DNA from: Fidelibacterota bacterium
GTDB taxonomy: Bacteria; Fidelibacterota; Marinisomatia; Marinisomatales; TCS56
DNA length: 12,223 nucleotides
Assembly (NCBI GenBank): GCA_043822705.1
Contig: JBDRBK010000034.1
Location: 1-12,223, forward strand
Reading direction: 5' to 3'
Positions 8,904 to 12,223 of this stretch are shown here, one piece after another. Within the stretch, counting starts at the first letter, position 1; every line of letters starts with the position of its first letter. The notes beneath the pieces are model-generated. The model did not search any database, was not told where the DNA came from, and saw only the letters and a list, made by a program, of their open reading frames with translations. A program made the translations under genes and the position numbers.

Positions 8904-9493
8904 AATCTGGTTCTTCCTTCAATTGCTCTGATAAGTGTGGCATCGTCGGTGTATTCCAACGCGCTACCGACGGGTAGGCCACGGGCCAGACGCGTAATGC
9001 TGGCACCCCGCGAATTTAACAGCTTGGCCAGATAAAGTGCAGTGGTTTCTCCTTCGACACTGGGATTTGTTGCCACGATCACCTCGGTCTCCGGATTCAC
9101 CCGTTCCAGCAGGGTGTTGATATTCAAGTCATCCGGGCCAATGCCATCCAGCGGCGACAGGACGCCCCCCAGCACATGATAAACGCCATAGTAACTGTTG
9201 GTGCGTTCGAAAGCGTAAATATCGGCGGGATCCTCGACGATGCAGATCAGATTCTGGTTACGTTTCGGATCCTGGCAAACGTCGCAGACCTGCTGCTCGG
9301 TGATGCCGCCGCAGATACTGCAGAACATGATTCTGGTTTTCATATCCAGTACCGCCTGGGCCAGTTGAGCGGCCCATTGATCGGTGGAATTGAGCACCTG
9401 AAAGGCCATCCGGCGGGCGGTCTTGCGACCGATGCCCGGAAATTTGGCGAATTGCTCGATCAGATGATTAACGCTGTCCGGTAAAAAACCCAT
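8900..9493 (-). CDS. recR: Recombination mediator RecR
   Basis: HhH motif FPGIGRKTARR, Cys4 zinc finger CSIC..CDVC, Toprim ICIVE, YHVLGGVLSPLDGIGP, ATNPSVEGETTALY, RLARGLPVG..LEYTD. Confidence 0.98.
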   Translation of the reverse strand: MGFLPDSVNHLIEQFAKFPGIGRKTARRMAFQVLNSTDQWAAQLAQAVLDMKTRIMFCSICGGITEQQVCDVCQDPKRNQNLICIVEDPADIYAFERTNSYYGVYHVLGGVLSPLDGIGPDDLNINTLLERVNPETEVIVATNPSVEGETTALYLAKLLNSRGASITRLARGLPVGSALEYTDDATLIRAIEGRTRL

Positions 9494-9496
9494 CGA

Positions 9497-9823
9497 TCAC
9501 ATCCCCGGAATTTTCATTCCCCCCAGCATTCCGCCGGCGGCCGAATTCATCCGGCTCTGTGATTCCTCCTGCGATTTCCGCAACGCCATATTTACCGCCG
9601 AAATGATCAGATCTTCCAGTATTTCCTTGTCCTCTTCCAAAGCCTCGGGCTGGATCGTCAGTTCCAGCAGTTCCTGTTTGCCGTTGACTTTGGCCTGGAT
9701 CAGGCCGCCGCCGGCTTCCGCCGCGACGATTAAATCTTCCAGTTCGTTCTGGACCGCTTCGATCCGCTTCTGAACTTCCTGAGCCTGTTTGAGGATATTG
9801 GTCATATTTCCTTTATTGAACAT
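9497..9823 (-). CDS. ybaB: YbaB/EbfC family nucleoid-associated protein
   Basis: NMTNILKQAQEVQ, EAGGGLI, VNGKQE, EDKEILEDLIISAVN, Gly/Met-rich tail; canonical position between dnaX and recR; AGGAG upstream. Confidence 0.95.
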   Translation of the reverse strand: MFNKGNMTNILKQAQEVQKRIEAVQNELEDLIVAAEAGGGLIQAKVNGKQELLELTIQPEALEEDKEILEDLIISAVNMALRKSQEESQSRMNSAAGGMLGGMKIPGM

Positions 9824-9831
9824 CGAATCTC

Positions 9832-11505
9832 CTATCTTAGCTGCTCGCCTTCAAATAATTCCACAATCCGGTCGATCACGGCCTCGCCGCGAGCGGCCTG
9901 GTTCGAATTGTTTTCTTCCGCTACCGGTTCTTGAACCGGCGCCGGTCCCTCGAGATTGAGAAACTGGACCCGGACCGGTGATTTGACAAATTTTTCAATG
10001 ACGGCGATAATTTCGTTCTGTTTGCTCTCCAGCCGGCTGAGCGTAAACTTTGGTTGCCCGTTGACACCAATGATCAGTCGGTTATCCTGTATTTCCAGTG
10101 GACGACTTTGTTCCAGCACGGTTCCCAGCGAAGCGCTGATCCGCCCGATCTGGGTGATGATTCCCGGCCAGTGCGTCTGTATCGTCTCCAGGTCAAGTTT
10201 CACCGTCGTCGGCTGTTGTTGGGACACAGCGGCTGATTGTTCCGGTACGGTCTTATTTTCAGGACGAACGTCCCGCGTACGGTCACTTGCGACCGGGCGA
10301 TCTGCCGGAATCGCCGGCGGGGCGGGCGTGGGAACTGGTTTCGGTCGAACCACCGGCGGCACGGCCGCAGATTTCCCCGATCCGGCCAGATCAGCCAGCA
10401 ACGTGTCCAGTGAGACCGAAGTATCCATTTCCAGCAATTTGAGGAACAGAATTTCCAGTGCCAGGTACGGATGGGTAGTGCGCCTGATGGTCTGCTCCAG
10501 TTCCATCAGCAGCGTCGCGGACCGCAGCAGATCGCGGCGATCCCAGTCCGGCGCATTATCCAGGTAGCGCTGCTTCAACTCGGCACTCAGATCGACCAGG
10601 CCACTGCCCTGTGCCACCGTCGCAAACAACAGGTTGCGGATATGCTGACTGAAACCATTGACAAAATCGACGACCGGCACGCCGGAAGCCTGAATCTCGT
10701 TCAAGCGTTCGACAGCGGTCACGGTGTCGCGCACCCGGATCGCTTCGGACAGATCGAAATGGAGGTCAAAGGGGATGATCCCCAGTACCTTGATGGCTTC
10801 CTGATAGGTGATGGTGTCACCGCAGAAAGCGATAACCTGATCCAGAAAACTCAGGCCGTCACGCATACTGCCGTCGGCTTTACGGGCGACAGCCTGAAGC
10901 GAATCCCGGTCGTAGCCGATTTTTTCCGATTCCAGGACTTTTTCCAGTTGTGCACTGATCATTGCCACCGTGATCCGATTAAAATCATAGCGCTGGCAAC
11001 GTGAGATTATTGTCGGCGGTACTTTGTGCACATCGGTGGTGGCCAGAATGAATTTGCCATGTTCCGGCGGTTCTTCCAGTGTTTTCAGCAGGGCGTTGAA
11101 CGCCGGTCCCGTCAGCATGTGCACTTCGTCGATGATAAATATTTTATAGCGGGAATTGATCGGTGTGTATCTGATCATTTCCCGCAGATTGCGGATTTCT
11201 TCGATACCGCGGTTGGAAGCGCCGTCAATTTCCAGTACATCCATGTTGCGGCTGTCGGCGATCTCGCGACAATTGGAACACTGGTTACACGGCAGGCCGT
11301 CGGAATTGGTCTGACAGTTCAGGGCGGCGGCCAGAATGCGGGCAGTGGTGGTCTTGCCTACGCCCCGGGGACCGGTAAAAAGATAGGCCTGGGCCAGGCG
11401 TTTTTTGCTGAAGGCATTGGTAAGTGTCTGGGTGACGTGTTCCTGCCCGACCACGTCAGAGAATGTTTTCGGTCTCCATTTAAGAGATAGTACCTGGTAT
11501 GCCAT
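9832..11505 (-). CDS. dnaX: DNA polymerase III subunit gamma/tau
   Basis: YQVLSLKWRPKTFSDVVGQ, Walker A GPRGVGKTT, zinc motif CNQCSNC, EIDGAS, Walker B IIDEVHML, NALLKTLEEPP, SRC motif, GSMRD; Pro/Ala-rich linker followed by a C-terminal tau domain. Confidence 0.98.
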   Translation of the reverse strand: MAYQVLSLKWRPKTFSDVVGQEHVTQTLTNAFSKKRLAQAYLFTGPRGVGKTTTARILAAALNCQTNSDGLPCNQCSNCREIADSRNMDVLEIDGASNRGIEEIRNLREMIRYTPINSRYKIFIIDEVHMLTGPAFNALLKTLEEPPEHGKFILATTDVHKVPPTIISRCQRYDFNRITVAMISAQLEKVLESEKIGYDRDSLQAVARKADGSMRDGLSFLDQVIAFCGDTITYQEAIKVLGIIPFDLHFDLSEAIRVRDTVTAVERLNEIQASGVPVVDFVNGFSQHIRNLLFATVAQGSGLVDLSAELKQRYLDNAPDWDRRDLLRSATLLMELEQTIRRTTHPYLALEILFLKLLEMDTSVSLDTLLADLAGSGKSAAVPPVVRPKPVPTPAPPAIPADRPVASDRTRDVRPENKTVPEQSAAVSQQQPTTVKLDLETIQTHWPGIITQIGRISASLGTVLEQSRPLEIQDNRLIIGVNGQPKFTLSRLESKQNEIIAVIEKFVKSPVRVQFLNLEGPAPVQEPVAEENNSNQAARGEAVIDRIVELFEGEQLR

Positions 11506-11530
11506 GCTTTAATATTCGCCCATAAAACTC

Positions 11531-11804
11531 GCGGTCGTGCACCATTGCTTGATCGATCCGGCCACTCGACGACGCATACCAGTTAGCTCCACTCCAGGCG
11601 ATCATCACCGATCAATTCTATCACCGACCGCTGCTCCTTTCCAGGCCTGACGGGATTAAGCGTAAAATAACCGTGACGACTTGAAGCTTCATCACCACTT
11701 ATTATGGCAATCGAATTCAGCACCAATCGCACTTTGGAATTCAACCCTGCTATAGCGGGTTGCAGGTTACAGGGCACCGCTACCTCCCCGTCTAGCACGA
11801 CCAC
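11531..11804 (-). ncRNA. ffs: Signal recognition particle RNA, large bacterial type (Alu domain + S domain), ~274 nt
   Basis: Minus strand begins GUGGUCGUGCUAGACGGGGAGGUAGCGGUGCCCUGUAACCUGCAACCCGCUAUAGCAGGG, closely resembling the B. subtilis scRNA Alu domain as I recall it. The Ffh-binding helix 8 CCGUCAGGCCUGGAAAGGAGCAGCGG with a GGAA tetraloop lies at 11628-11653. The termini pair over 10 bp (GUGGUCGUGC at 11804-11795 with GCACGACCGC at 11540-11531). Position upstream of dnaX is the usual one. Confidence 0.95.
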
Positions 11805-11843
11805 AATTTCAAACAACTTTGCTTAAGTCGGTATAATTTCCGC

Positions 11844-11920
<77 letters not shown>

Positions 11921-11944
11921 AGTATCAATTTTGTATCCGATAAA

Positions 11945-12015
11945 TGCTGTCGAATTTACATTTAAGTAAGATGCGATGGCTAACCAAAAGATACAGAAAA
12001 TATTATAATATCAAG
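11945..12015 (-). promoter_or_regulatory. Probable promoter region for tRNA-Ala/ffs/dnaX (exact elements uncertain)
   Basis: AT-rich intergenic stretch upstream of the tRNA with -10-like hexamers on the minus strand (TAAATT at 11958-11953, TATAAT at 12007-12002) and a TTGATA at 12014-12009. No well-spaced -35/-10 pair could be fixed. Confidence 0.3.
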
Positions 12016-12076
12016 TGCTTTTCGCTGGATTGATCTACCTGTAAAGCGGTCGGTTCAATGGAAAACGTTCAACCGG

Positions 12077-12223
12077 TCATAGAAATTTGGAACCGCGCAG
12101 GGCATCTACCATGGCATCATTAATTTTCTCGGTCCGGAAATCAACCGCCGCCTGCAATGCCAACCGGTCCGTGTGGTATTTATGCACGAAAAATCTTTTA
12201 TTGTGCCTTTTACCCACCTGATC
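12077..12223 (-). CDS. 3' end of a protein with a probable AP2-like DNA-binding domain (start outside the window)
   Basis: Not in the ORF track. The frame is open from the right edge to TGA at 12079-12077: DQVGKRHNKRFFVHKYHTDRLALQAAVDFRTEKINDAMVDALRGSKFL*. It resembles the AP2 pattern GKxxxKxFxVxKYGxxxxAxxxAxxxR. Only 48 residues are visible. Confidence 0.55.
   Translation of the reverse strand, partial: DQVGKRHNKRFFVHKYHTDRLALQAAVDFRTEKINDAMVDALRGSKFL

Noticed and set aside
10250..10380. Pro/Ala/Val-rich stretch in DnaX as a repeat or insertion
   Set aside because: A low-complexity linker between domain III and the C-terminal domain is normal for tau, and there is no nucleotide-level tandem repeat.
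9832..10450. Programmed -1 frameshift or slippage site producing a gamma subunit from dnaX
   Set aside because: No A-AAA-AAG heptamer or long A run was seen after domain III. The A runs present (near 10920-10945 and 11401-11406) lie inside the AAA+ region, where a shift would truncate the core.
11583..11816. 77-aa minus-strand ORF in the track
   Set aside because: Lies almost wholly within the SRP RNA, has a TTG start without a ribosome-binding site, and resembles no protein family.
11808..11837. Plus-strand TTCAAA-N18-TATAAT promoter-like sequence pointing antisense into the tRNA
   Set aside because: No plus-strand gene follows, the -35 match is 4/6, and such hexamers are expected by chance in an AT-rich spacer; it would need TSS data.
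12046..12076. Imperfect inverted repeat just after the AP2-like gene stop as a terminator
   Set aside because: The stem is mismatched, the loop is long and there is no adjacent U tract, so it is too weak to call.

Overview
Bacterial housekeeping region with every supported gene on the minus strand. Reading in transcription order (right to left): the 3' end of a probable AP2-domain protein, tRNA-Ala(CGC), a ~274-nt large (Bacillus-type, Alu-domain) SRP RNA, then a tightly packed run dnaX-ybaB-recR-pgsA-pgpA-cinA-thpR-recA-recX-(PurL-like)-(FAH family)-pepE. After a ~170-nt gap comes the 5' part of a signalling protein with an atypical receiver domain, a coiled coil and a PAS domain. The two edge CDSs are missing from the ORF track and were translated by hand. 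The most notable items are an intact 658-aa PurL-fold protein that has lost the recognisable FGAM-synthetase catalytic motifs (candidate pseudoenzyme directly behind recA-recX), the long SRP RNA, a receiver domain with Glu at the phospho-Asp position, and the AP2-like fragment. No mobile element, CRISPR array or long repeat was seen. All family assignments come from motif recognition against remembered consensus sequences, not from database searches, and the taxonomy cannot be fixed from this window.
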